A DNA stretch of 51,657 nucleotides, filler included, from Sphacelaria rigidula (lineage: Eukaryota), in assembly GCA_964200075.2 (NCBI GenBank). It is 4 parts of 4 records of this genome, joined end to end, with 100 filler letters (N's around TTAATTAATTAA, not from the genome) between each part and the next. Parts side by side here need not be neighbours in the genome. Positions count along the whole stretch, not along the records: positions 12,942 to 25,780 come from CAXNAA020003373.1; positions 25,881 to 38,719 come from CAXNAA020003374.1; 2 more parts are not named here. One strand, given 5' to 3'. How positions within the stretch are numbered: the first letter of the stretch is position 1; every line of letters starts with the position of its first letter. Below, in pieces: positions 13,641-25,940 of this stretch. Below the pieces are notes generated by a model that saw only the letters and a program-made list of their open reading frames with translations, did not search any database and was not told the origin of the DNA. The position numbers were made by a program, and so were the translations under genes.

Positions 13641-13876
13641 TAATAGAGGTATCTCAAACTCGGCTCCCGATATCCTAGTTTGTTTTGTTCTATTTTTTTC
13701 AAGTGAAAGTGATGCCGATTCATCAGATTATGTGACCCTTAGACCGCCAGACCGCCAGACCGCCAGGTCAGGTCCTCCCATGAATCACGATCACTTTTAC
13801 TTGAAAAAATAGTACACAACTCAGAGCCAGCGAATAAACCAGGATACCGGGGGCCGAGTTTGAGATACCTCTATTA
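13641..13876. mobile_element. MITE with long TIRs, superfamily uncertain
   Basis: TAATAGAGGTATCTCAAACTCGGC ... GCCGAGTTTGAGATACCTCTATTA; central (AGACCGCC)3. Confidence 0.75.
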
Positions 13877-13898
13877 AGTATGAAAATCTCACAACTTA

Positions 13899-14089
13899 GG
13901 CGGTGTCTTATCAATTTGTTTTCGGCTCGAAAACGTACGGTAGAATCGAATTTGCTCTTCCCTGATACGTCCACGGCACCCATGTTCACAACCATCTGAG
14001 AAGAAAAAAAAGCGTGGGCGAATCAGAAACGAGGGAATTCGATTAGACCGTACGTTTTCGACATCAAGACAATTTGACATGACATGGCC
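13899..14089. mobile_element. Harbinger/Tourist-like MITE, copy 1
   Basis: GGC(C)GTGTCTTATCAA-type TIR after TTA; similar along its length to 47410-47595. Confidence 0.6.
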
Positions 14090-14574
14090 TGAGAGGCTAC
14101 CGTCTTTAGTAAGCAGACCGTGTCGAAGAGACTCCCTTTTCGCCCGTGACCCTCTGCACAATATCACGAAATTAACAACTCGAGCATGTACACAGATTTC
14201 CGGAAGCTGGTGACGTTTATCATCTACAATTGACAAATAATGGGAGCAATTTGATGTCGATTGGTCACCCATGCAGGCGGCCAAGGGCTCATCATCGTGA
14301 GCCATCCACGAAGTAATGTAGTAACGCGTGGCATCAGCATTGGCTTGGTTGAGTCCGCTCGTTTGTGCTGTGTGATATTCAACTGCTCGGCGAGTACACG
14401 ACGTTGCCTTGGGTCCAGTTACTCGCTCTTGTCAGCCTCAGCTGGCAGAATACGGTGCGAACGATGCGTAGTCTACAGCACACCTGGCTGCATTGCCAAT
14501 CCTCCAGAGGTCACGACGTGTCACACCATTGTCGTTGGCACTCGAGAAATCATGGCAATGCCGCACACAACACA

Positions 14575-15415
14575 ATGGTTGAGCGCTACAAATGCCATCT
14601 TGCATTGACAAATCTTGCCCTGGGATAAAACCCAAGGGATCGTACAAAACAAGATGATGTAGCCACCCCCCCCACCCCCCCCCTCCCCCGCCCGTCGGCG
14701 ACTTGGACAGTGAAGAAATAGCTTCTCAAGAACACCTGTCTCCTCGGTTTTTCCACAAGTGTAAGGAATTTGGACGATAATTTGTACGGTGAGCTTTGGA
14801 GTCTCCGTTGTTGCGTCTACAGAATGGCCTTCGAGGCGCGCAGACCGCTACACATCACAAAGCTGGGCGCAACAAATGCCATGTTCTATTTGCCCTGTTG
14901 TCCTGGGAAAAAACTCGAAGCGGTCGTACAAAAGAAGATCGAGGAGTCAGGACGACCCCCTCACCCCTTCGGTGGCCTTGAGGATGAAGAAATAGGGTCC
15001 CAAGAACATTGTTCTCCTATGTTTTCTTCTGGGTCGCCACCAGTGCAAGAAATTGGGCGATAAGTTGTACTGGGAATTTCGGGAGCCTCACTTGTTACGG
15101 CTGTATAATGGATTTTGAGGCGCAGACCGCTACACATCACAAAGTCGAGCGCTGCAAATGTCCTATCCTTTTTGCACTATTATGCTGGGATAGAACCGAA
15201 GGGGTTATACGTACAAAACAAAATAAAGGAGCCAGGACCCTGTTCCCCCCCTCGGCGACTTCGAGAATGCAGAAGTAGGATCATAAGAATATTGTTCTTC
15301 TCTGTTTCTCCGCCAGTTTAATGATGAATTAAACGATAGTATGTACTGGGAGTTTCCGAGTCTCCATTGTTTTGGCTATATAATGGATTTTGAGGCGCGC
15401 AGACGGCTACGCGAC
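14575..15415. repeat. Diverged tandem repeat, about 285 bp x3
   Basis: GAGGCGC(GC)AGAC(C/G)GCTAC recurs near 14835, 15115 and 15390; CGTACAAAA also recurs. Confidence 0.8.
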
Positions 15416-16121
15416 AAAAAAAATTACGGGCATGATCATCCCGGGATAGAGCCCTCCCTCAATCAACCCTCCACTCTTCATCTACTGTAAGGAAAACATT
15501 GATTAACTCATGTTTCGGAGGTATCCAGCCGTGAACACGAGACGAACGTTTTCAAGGAAAATACCTGAACAAACAAAACACCACCCTCGAGGGAAAACGT
15601 CAAGGCCTGAAAATGAGGACAAAATCAAGGAAAACAAACGGTAAGGAAGAGCGACCACCACAACAATAACAGACCAAACGGAACGCCAAGCCTCATGACG
15701 CCGAACGAAGACATATCTCACAAAAACACGCGCCAAACAAAACACATGAATAATCCAAATGGAGATAAAACATGACGAGTCAACCAGGAGAGCGCACACT
15801 ACGCAACGCCGTTGAGAAGGAATGAAGCAAACCACGCGATCTTCAGATACGGCCCAGGCGCTGCAAGCGGGGCGGTGATCGAACACACACAAACACGTTA
15901 CGACCCAGTAAGCTCAACTTGCAGACACATCACGGAAGGAGCCCACGAACCCAGGTGAAGACTCTCTTCACCGCTTTCGACGACAAGAGGTGAATAAAAA
16001 AACGCGGGCACCCCTCCGTGAAGACGAGCAAAACCCAGGGAAGGCGAAGCACGTGAGCGACGTACCCACACTTCTTTCCACTACCCATCGACATCTTCCC
16101 ATCTAGGGCCTACTCGCTTCA

Positions 16122-19100
16122 TTACGCCGGTGAAAGGTCAATAGTAGAACCTTGCGGCAGCGTGACCTGCGCTCCCCCACCGGTGCCGGGCGCCGGCGCC
16201 GAGTTGGGGGCACCGCCTTGCGCTCCTGTGGTGCTGGATGGCGCCGGCGCCGCAATTGCGATGTTGTACTTGGACGACCAGGCGTAGTCGCCTACCCCAG
16301 GGATGCGTTTCTCCCTCGGGCGGCCCTTTGTGGGTGCGCAAGCTTGCTTCACCCTTGGGGGGTCACGACGCGTTTTGCCATGTTTGAGCTGGCCCCAGGT
16401 CGGGAGAACGATCTTCAATGCTGGGGTGTAGGCCGTCGAACGGTAGTTCTCTAGCCTGAAACTCTCCGGTATGAGCGTCAGCAACCGGTCGAGAGTGTTC
16501 GTGCCTGCAAACGTGAAGCGCAGACAACGAACGACGATGGGCAGCATGGTAGGGTTGTGCTGATTATGCTGCCAAAGTCGTTTCTTATGCTTGTAATTTC
16601 ACCGAATACATTGCTCGTGACGTGGAAATTATGAGCGACTCATGCTTGTACTGTCGAGAAAAAAAACATGAGTTATGCTCCCTACATGAATATCATGCTC
16701 CATCATGCTCGTCACATCCTTTCTTGACCGGGCACACCGACACACGATTGATTTTTTCTTTCCAACCAATGCTGCTAAAATTTGACATGTGATCAATTTG
16801 ACTGTTTTTCAATGACAGAAAAGATGCTGGAACGGTATATACTAGTCCACTACTGCTGTACTGCTGCGCTGGTGTCGAACATATTCGCAGCAGTAGCCGA
16901 TCACCCTGGTGGGTCCGTCCGGTGTAGTCGCAACAGGTGGCGTTTTTGGTCACACATTGCCCAACAGCGGGGAGCGACAATGTCGTGGCTACACAAAATT
17001 CGATAACACGGTCGATAAGGGAAAGGGCCCGTTGGACCCATATCGCGAATACAAATCAGGCACCAATAAAAAAAAGAGGAATTCAACTTCCCTCTTGTGT
17101 CACACCTGCTGATGCGCCCACGTGTAGCGCAAGGTGTACACCGGCGTGAAGGATAAAATATGGGATAACACGCGCAGTAGTGCACAATGGTACGTCTTCA
17201 TTGCAAACCCGCGGCCAATCGCAGCTCTTCGGCCGAAACATGGGACAAGATGAGCACGTGGGCTACTATTTACTTGTGAACATGTGACTAGATGAAGTAG
17301 TAAGATGGATACTATGCTTTTACATTGCTCGCTGAAATCCCGCGACACTCAACAACGTTTTCGTGAGATTGAGAGAAGAGCGCTGATTGAGAGTGGCTTC
17401 GATAATTCGGTGTAACTCAGCCAATTTTTCATTCCGTGTGTGCCTTTTTTTGTGTCCATCACTGGCGTGTGCTTACAGCTTCACGTCGATATCTTGCTCA
17501 GGGATATCAAAAGCCTCAGTGGCAAGCAACTACGGTAAGCATATTGGGCCTCGGGGAGGGGCATTTCGGAACTGAAACGATTCCATCACTAATGGATCGT
17601 TTTTCACTCTCAATCGTATCTTCTACCATCAATCTCACGAAAACACTGTTACTTGCGCTTTTCACAAAAACGATTTACTTCTTATGCGACAAAGGTGGGA
17701 TTATGTTCGAAGTTAAGCTGTCATCCTTGGTGCAAACCCAAGACATGCTGGAGAAGTTCGCATACGCGCGCACAACAATAGGTGCCATGTGTGACTGAAA
17801 GTCTTGTAGACACCGACAGAAGCGTGACGGCGCGTCAATGCGAACCTTACACAGCACCCATCAAGAGAACGGGAGCTGTGCGGGTGGAGACAGCGCTGGA
17901 CATGCAATCGAGGGCGAGGCTCGTGGCATATTCCATGCCGCAGGTCAGCTTCATTCGCCGCAGCTGTTTCTTCATTTTCTTTTCATGTACGTACAATAAC
18001 GACTCGATGAGGACGCTTTTCTATTCAGTTGCGGTACAATTCCCGCCCCGCCTTGATTTGTCTCTGCGATAAGGCATCGTCGACAATGTTTTAAAGACAC
18101 ATGTTACTCACGCTCGCAGACTGCCAACACGTGGCGCCAAGGCAACCCCCATCTGGGCACATATCCGCAGCCGCACTCCATCTTGACAGGCTGGCCCGTG
18201 GAACCCCACTCCAGTGTCACCTAATTTTCCATCCCGGGCTTCGTCTTCATGGACACCGTGTACTCGCCTTCAGAACACGTCTTCACCAACTGCCTGTATG
18301 CCGCAACATGGAAAAGCGAGGGTGTCGTCGAATGGCGAAGATGTAATTCGTGTGGAAAGATGGTGACAAAGGTTCGGACGAGCGAGCGGCAACCACGTAG
18401 GATATACCTATAAATCATCGACAATAGACCACGAGACCATCATGCACGACCGCGGCACGGCCGTGGCCATCACAACTGACCGCCGACGGCGACTACATTT
18501 GTGCTACGCTCAAGTGGTGTACATTGTAATATGCAGAGGAGTCACTTAACTTACCCTTAAGACCATGAAAGCTCGCGATCTCGGACTTCTTCCAGCCAAG
18601 GTGTGAACACATGACGGGTTCCCTTCTTGAGTTGTGCGGCCTCGTGCAACTTTTCCGCCACCATCTACACCACGCCCTTGGTGAAGTCGAACACTGGCCG
18701 CTCCCGCAATTGGACATCGCGCACAGAGGAAGAAGTGGGAACGACAGTTGTTGCTTGAAATTCATCCTGGACGCAGGTCCTTCCGATGAAGAAGATTTGA
18801 GGCCGTTGCAGCTGTCTAGAAAAGATAACAGGCGCACAAAGTCGTGGCTGTTCGCTGCTTACTGTGGAATACACGGTTTGCTCGTGACCTGCGCGGCAAA
18901 GGGCGTACCACCGGAATATCAATCGTGGCAAACCGCTGGCGCTCATGTGGCCATTTCTCACGGCAACGGGGCCCCGATTTCGCGCATTCCATAATACTTG
19001 TCGACAGCTACAAGACAACAAGACGCGATGGACGGACGGCGGGCGGTCACCACATCGACCCCACGCAGTATGCGCCCAGCGCGCAGACATTTTCACTCGG

Positions 19101-22100
19101 ATCCTTACCGCGGGTCCAATCATGTTGTTGCAGCTCTCCACCATGTTTGTCGTTATCTGGTCCCACACACGATTGTCACGGCGTGTGTGGTACGCCCATA
19201 ACGTGGGGTCAACCTCATCCACTTCTCGTATGCCTGGGGTTTGTCGCCTTCACCTTGTCCAGGAAATACGTGCTAGACGCCTCGGTCGGGGCTCTCGCGG
19301 CGTTGAATATGTGCCCGAAGTTCGTCTGGCAAGAACAGCATCACATGCATGCGGACGGGTATCGCGAGATGAGCAATGCATCGCGACGGGCGACAACAGA
19401 GCATCATGTCGGTCACTATTTTTTATGTTGGGAATAGGGATGCGAGGTCAATGGTCTTATGACTATGGCATAATTGATTGATTGGTTGATTCTCTCAAGG
19501 CATGCATGATCATGAGTACACCTCCCCCCCTCCCCGACACACACACTCGCACATACCCGGCTCTACACGCCCGCCCCCTGCCCCAGCACCTATCCATACA
19601 TTAGCCCCACGACTTGCGAACTGACGCCACTCAATCGAACCGTATGATATCCTTGACGCACCGATCCCAGCGCCGGTGATATGTTGTTCGCCAGATGCCG
19701 CACGCACCGCCCTTGCTCAGCCAGCGGTACCTCTGGTGGCACGCCTGCCTCGGACCCCTTGTGGCCGTCCACGAGGTACGTGGTGGATCGCTTATTCAAC
19801 CACGCAGATATTTCAGGATTTCGCTTCGCGTTGTGCATCATGCATCGATACACCTCTTGATTTGCTTTGTGTGCCACCACCAAGCATACGATGACCACCT
19901 TGTTGTTTGCGTCTTTCACGGTGAGCAGACAGTAAATTCCCTTCCATGTGCCCTTCAGGTGAGCGCAGTCCATGCAGAAAACCTGTCAATTTTCGCCCGG
20001 AGGAAAAGGAGGAGGGAACGGTGCGGTCACATACACGTGGTAATGGCCCTTGGTGGAATTCGCGACCCCCCCCTCGTATTAGATCACTGTTACAGTCAGT
20101 TAGTAATGGCACGTGGTACCCGTGTCATTGCACCACTTCAGGAACGGAACGTTACCGCGCGAATACCACGTATTGAGCACAAATTTGGGCAGAGGGTTGA
20201 GTTCATATCCGAGTGATCACCAATGCGCACTTGTTGCTCAAAGTGCTTTCCCAATATTTCGGCCGAGAAATAGAGTTCGCATCCAACACACCCTAACCCT
20301 TGGTAGAGTATTTGAGGTCGTACCCAACATACACAAGAGTTGGGTAGTCTATTTTTTTAAGGTCGTGCCTTATCTACCCTATTTTAGTACAGTGTTGATA
20401 TCATACTCACGTGATCCTCTATACAGAGATTCTGCTGAGAGTCCTCAGTCAATATTCAGGTACAGTATGTGAGGCGGTACCCAGTCCACGTCAAACTAGG
20501 GTCTAGTATTTGAGGCCACACGACATGTACCCGAACCATATATAGCAGTCTTGGGTACAGTAGATACCCTTGTTTTCATCCAAGTGTTGAAATTTACTTA
20601 CCGTACCCGACCTGCACTAGATGTGCCTTGTATACGGTACAGAAGAACGCACCCCCCGGCGGCGGGATTTCGTGCGTATTGCGGGTCAAGGTCTGAAAGT
20701 CACGCCTTCGGTCTCTCGGGCGCTGGCGCACTATCTACGACACCAAAAGGTACAACTGAATCACCTCTTGAGGACTTTTCACGGCCACGTTCACCGACTG
20801 CCCAAGCATGACGAAGAGGCATTTGAAGCGTCAATCGGTGTCCCACTGCGCGAGCCGGGTAGGTAAAGCAGACGACGACGGGGGCGACATGTCAGGGTTT
20901 GGCGCACAACGACTGCATTTTGGTTCGAGCGCATGATACGGGTGACTCCACTTGGTTTCACCGTGCTCATGTTCCAACGCAGAGAGTTCGCGCAGAAATA
21001 TCGAGGACGGAGATATTTCACCATGGGCGTATGGGGGCGCCACCAAACATGGGGCGGTGGGGGGAAATGCACGCGCGTCAAAACAATGCTTGCGGTACAG
21101 TATTGGATGTATTGCGCTACCCTTGGAAGCATCGTCGATTTTCACGCTTGCGGGATACGATAAGATGCGCAGCTGAACGACAGTTATGGCTATGTACCCG
21201 GTCACGAACGGATCAGAAAATTGGTGTACTAACTGCAAATGAGTTGACGTGGCCTGCGATGACCCGCAACAACCGCCAATGAGCGTCGCCGATAGGTCCC
21301 CTCCCCCCCCTCCTGCCCCTTTCATTGGTAGTCGAGGAATAAAATCAGGTTCTCGAAAACTTTTTCTAATCATTTTTTACCTCTGTACAGAGATGAACAT
21401 AACCTCGCTTGTACACAGTGCGGTGATTACTGTCGCCATTATCCAATGCATGCCCGCGGGTACTCTCCCCTAAAAAACGGATACCTCTCACGCCCGACCA
21501 GAGTCAGGTTCTCCCAGGATTGAGGTGGGGGGAAGGGTGGTGCATGCATGTATCAAGTCACGTGCCGTCCCACTGTAGTCCCAGCTCGCTCAACTTTTGT
21601 GTGAAAATTCAAACGTGAACGTGTAACGTGCAAAGCCTTGAAATGTTTCCGCAGGTCATCTCCACGTCTCCACGGGTACCATTGTACTGTTTTTGTTGTC
21701 TGTTTCGACTGTCTGCACGACGTGCACAACGCTCGATGTTTCGCACATATGCGCCTCCGTCGCTACATAACTGTGAGTATGGTTTCATGTCTAACACCCG
21801 GGAAAAAAACAGGTTCGCGTCTCCCACCTCGAAGCCATCCGTCACGCGAAATACTTCAAACGATATAGACCATACGATCTACAATCATACCCATGCTCAC
21901 TACTATTAGCCGCATCGACTGTTCTACAAATCTGGGTCTACTTTGTTTCTTGGTTTTTTGCTCGCCTGTGACCACGGAAGGCGTCCGCATCAGGTGCCCA
22001 GTACGAATTTACCGTGCAGATATCGGAACGGTTTTGAATGTGAAGACAACAACAAAAACAACAACAACAAGGCCACGCAAACTAACCTCGACATCAGTCA

Positions 22101-22656
22101 CGGAACCGGTGCAATCCTGAGCAATCAGTGACAGGTAGGACCCGAGCACAGCGAAACCTTCCCGACTGTCCGGGTTGGTGTTGGTCACCGTCGTGCACTT
22201 CACTCGACTGGACGCCCGCCGACTCAAAGTGACCACCGTTTGGGTCTTTATGATGTCCCCCAGTGCCCGCGCGCTCACGGTGGGATTGTTAGCCACACTG
22301 GCGGTGCCCACATCTTCCACCATGGCAGCGCCCAGACCGCGTTTGCCTCTCGCGCCCGACCAGTTGAGGTGGTCGCCATTCACGAACGTCACGTTCCACT
22401 CGCCAGTCTTGCCGCGTTTGCAGCCGTTGATACGGAACATACATCCCATCTCATTCTTGTTGTCTACGACCTGACCCTGGCAGCGATAAACGGCCTGCCT
22501 GCTACCGCCGTTGCCTATTTTCACGGTGCTGCCCTCGGAAAGTAACATCTGAGTGACCGCCTTGGTCAGACTTGGTTTTGAGGCGTATATATCACCCCGA
22601 ACCACCTTCGCCGCCTTCAAACGCGGGGGCCCATCAACGGCCGCGGCACCAGACAT
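16122..22656 (-). pseudogene. Mutator-like (MULE) DDE transposase pseudogene. Exons 22656-22087, 20845-20765, 19982-19662, 19325-19109, 18709-18555, 18293-18112, 16504-16122
   Basis: N-terminal YRC...GCMFRING...WNV...H DNA-binding-like motif; RFKCLFVM; core MDCAHLKG...KDANN...VDGHKG...CVRH; catalytic TTNMVESCN; SWIM-like CGCG...GLP(W)RH; C-terminal KGRPREKR. Splice phases are consistent. Lesions: stops in exons 2, 5 and 6, a frameshift in exon 4 (217 nt), and an AG>AA acceptor at exon 5. Confidence 0.88.
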
Positions 22657-24054
22657 GAGGCTGAGGACATTCTCCGAGCTTCTCGCTCGTCGTTGGTGAT
22701 TCTCACTCACGATTGAGGTAGATGATGGTTCTGAGTGCGTGTGCTTCTGTCGAGCGCATGTAGCTCTTTGTCGCTAAACGGTATCACTGACTGTGCTGTC
22801 TCTATATTCACACATGCGTGACGGTTCGTATCCGTTCCTTATACCAACCATCGATTATGTGATAACCGTTCCTGGTGACGACACGCTGACGGCACGCTGG
22901 CACCAGCCCCAGATCGCAACGGCACGGTTATACGTAGCACTCCGCAAGCGCAAAAGACCGACGCGTCGTGAGTTGTGAGTCCAGTTCTTGTGTTGATGCG
23001 GAGGGACTCAGGAACTGTTTCCGGGGAGAAAGGGGTGTGGTCGTTGTGGCGTTCGTGAACGGCAAATGAACGCGAAAAGAGCCGAATGTGTGGGCGCAAT
23101 GGTTGGAGTTGTCGCCTGTCTTTCCTTGGGGGCAGTGTGCCGCTTCAGGTACGGTGTGGGAAGCGATGGCCCAGGATGGGCACTTTCTGGGCCGACTGTT
23201 GGCCCAGATAAGGTACGATTGAATAATAATTTCTAGATCAGGTATACCTGGGCGAAATTTGGCCTACAAACGGTGAGCGGTTTCTGGAGGCGAGACCTTC
23301 GTTTTCGCGTGGCCACATCTCTCGAGTAACATGTTTTTTTCTCGTTTTTTTTCGAGGTTCGGGTGCCAATGCCCCCTCCCGAATGATGTGCGTGAAAAAT
23401 TCGGAGCGGAAAGGGTCAAAATGGCGTGTTTGGCTGTTTCCGCGTGTCTGGCCATTTTTCGCACCTTCGTTAGGCGACATACGTTAAGGTATACCTTTTC
23501 TAGGCCATTGCTCTAATGCAATGCTCGTATGAGGTGGGCCGGCAGTAAATCCCACATTCTCTCTCTGCACTACAACTTCTCAAATTTCCCAAATCAGCGC
23601 AACTTGAGCATATCGCTGTGAACTGCAGACTAACCTGGTAACACACGACACCGCCGCTGCTTGATTGGCGCAGTTTTGGCGATGATGTTATTGTACTGCA
23701 TTGAGTACCGGGTTCGTCTTTTGCCATTGCGTGACAACGTGTCTGGAGACGTTTCGTTTCACAAAATGCGGTGGAATTACGATAGACTGTTGCGCCGCAT
23801 AAGCACACGCACACCCGACATGGCAAGGCAAGCGCACACTGGTTGTGCTGTAAGATGGCATCAAGCTCATCATAAGCTCCATCATGGGAGAGAACCTCCG
23901 ACTCAACTGTCGTATATCACCGCACGAGGGAGAAGTACTACTTGAAACTGCGCTACACCCCCCAAAAGCAAGACCGTCACCAAAATATCGAGATCCTTTA
24001 CAACCCAGAGGTACGAGAGATGAACACGATTAGTGTGCACAAAAGCGTTCTTGT

Positions 24055-24121
24055 TGTGTCAGGATTTGAACTTGTGACCTGTGCAATTTGAGGCTGTTGT
24101 ATCAGTTTGACCACCAGCGTC
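24055..24121 (-). other. Degenerate tRNA-derived sequence
   Basis: The minus strand has an A-box-like TGGTGGTCAAACTG and a T-arm-like AGTTCAAATCCTG; stems pair poorly. Confidence 0.4.
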
Positions 24122-25780
24122 ACACAACAAAAAGTGTGACGCGAAGCCCAATTTGACATATTTTTGGCTGAAACTTTACGAGGATGTGGTTGACGCGAGT
24201 GCCCGTATGTGCCGGAGCGTTGTCATCGTTTCTATTACTTTTTAGGGAGTTATAGCATTTATCCTGTTTTTGCTGAAACTTCAACTTGCTCTAACTTACA
24301 GGGTTGCGCGGATTGATGATAAAAATGCCGAGTCAAAATTTCAGCGCCTAGCTCTTCGAATTGCCAATAGTCTCCACTCTTCCTTTAAAAATCACCGATG
24401 GCCGGCCCAGCTCGAATAATAGTGGGATAATCAATCTGTACAGTACTACTGTCCGGTACCGCACTGTAACACTACCGTACGAAATCTCGGTTCCAACAAC
24501 CACGTACTGCTGCAGAACATTGGCAAGAAGTATCCACGACGCTTACCCTCGTACAGCTAGGCAGGCTACGGGTATCCAAATGTCGATTGATCATCGGCTA
24601 CTACGGAAAGTGGACGTGAACATTGTACAAGAAAACATCAAACATTACTGGTAGCTCTTATTATAGGCTTTTGACGAATATCTGGCTTCAATCTTAACCG
24701 CAGGAGCGTTCCTGGAATAAAATCATAACACCAAACTCAAACACGTGCGTATTGACACACATGCTCAATAGGGCGAAGAACTCCAAATGACTGCGATTGC
24801 GATTACTCGTATTTTGCAGTCGACGAGTTGACGGCATGCGTGTTGTGACCTCAACCAAGGAGACGCCGCGATCTACTCCGTAGCAGGAACGACTGCTCGC
24901 CTGAGGGGGCGCATTTCCATTTTTCGGTGTGTCTACATTTTCTTTCGACGGTTCATGTTTTGTGAAGATTCAAGCCGTAATGTGATGTTCTGTTTCCCCA
25001 GCACTTGCCAACAACACCAGCCAGCACCACTATTCTTCGTACTGCGAACTCTAGCTATCTAAAAGCAACCGTGGTGCTTCATCTCAAGGCACGGACCGCG
25101 CTCTGGTACTTGTAGCTGTTTGGAGGTGGTCCAGGAGCCTACGCTACTGCGTTGTACTGTTGGCGTCAGAAACGACGGTCAGCACATGCGGTACATTTAG
25201 ATGCGGGGGTTCTGGGTTCTGGGCGCATCGGGTGAATATCTGAATATCTAGTAACATGTTCTGGTGAGTACTTACAGCTATGGGAACAAGTGTAGTGTGG
25301 TCAGTGAACAGGATGTATGCTACGCTTCATACGACAGGACAGCCAGCACAGTTTAGCTGCGCTGTACTACCAACGCACCGTGTCCATCCCACGCATAGGT
25401 TGCTCTACGACAGACAGTCCGCTCCGGAATCACGTTGCTAAAAAGTGTTCCTGATACTGTAGTACTGAACTCACCATGTTGAAGCGAGGCAACAACATAA
25501 AGCCCTCTCACACCACAAAGCCCGCTGTAGATATCGCCCTTCCAAGCAAGCGCCGCTCACAGCTTAGCGCACAGGACCGCTAGAGCGTAGCACCTACCCC
25601 ACAGGATGCGCCGCGTGGTTTTGCTACCAGCTTTGGAGAATCGGTTGCTAAACCGTACACAACCTGTGTCATTTTCCATCCATACAGAATGGTTGTGTTG
25701 TAGCAAGGAGCCCTACAGACTGGAAAACGGTGTTCACCCCCCCAATTTCCCGAAAACCTCATTATGGGCGACCGGGGGGG

Positions 25781-25880
25781 NNNNNNNNNNNNNNNNNNNN
25801 NNNNNNNNNNNNNNNNNNNNNNNNTTAATTAATTAANNNNNNNNNNNNNNNNNNNNNNNNNNNNNNNNNNNNNNNNNNNN
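25781..25880. other. Assembly spacer
   Basis: Same 100-nt N/TTAATTAATTAA linker. Confidence 0.97.
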
Positions 25881-25940
25881 CCCCCAACTCAACCATCAGA
25901 AGGTTACGAGGTTACCAACTGAGCCACCGGGGCGACCGGC
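25881..25940 (-). mobile_element. tRNA-like SINE head truncated by a gap
   Basis: The minus strand reads GCCCCGGTGGCTCAGTTGGTAACC (A box); no full cloverleaf is visible. Confidence 0.5.

Noticed and set aside
21609-21845. LCSDGGAYVR as MULE exon 2
   Set aside because: The 20845-20765 block fits the motif (RFKCLFVM) and both splice phases better.
24055-25940. Functional tRNA genes
   Set aside because: Only A- or B-box-like pieces are present and no convincing cloverleaf; probably SINE-derived.
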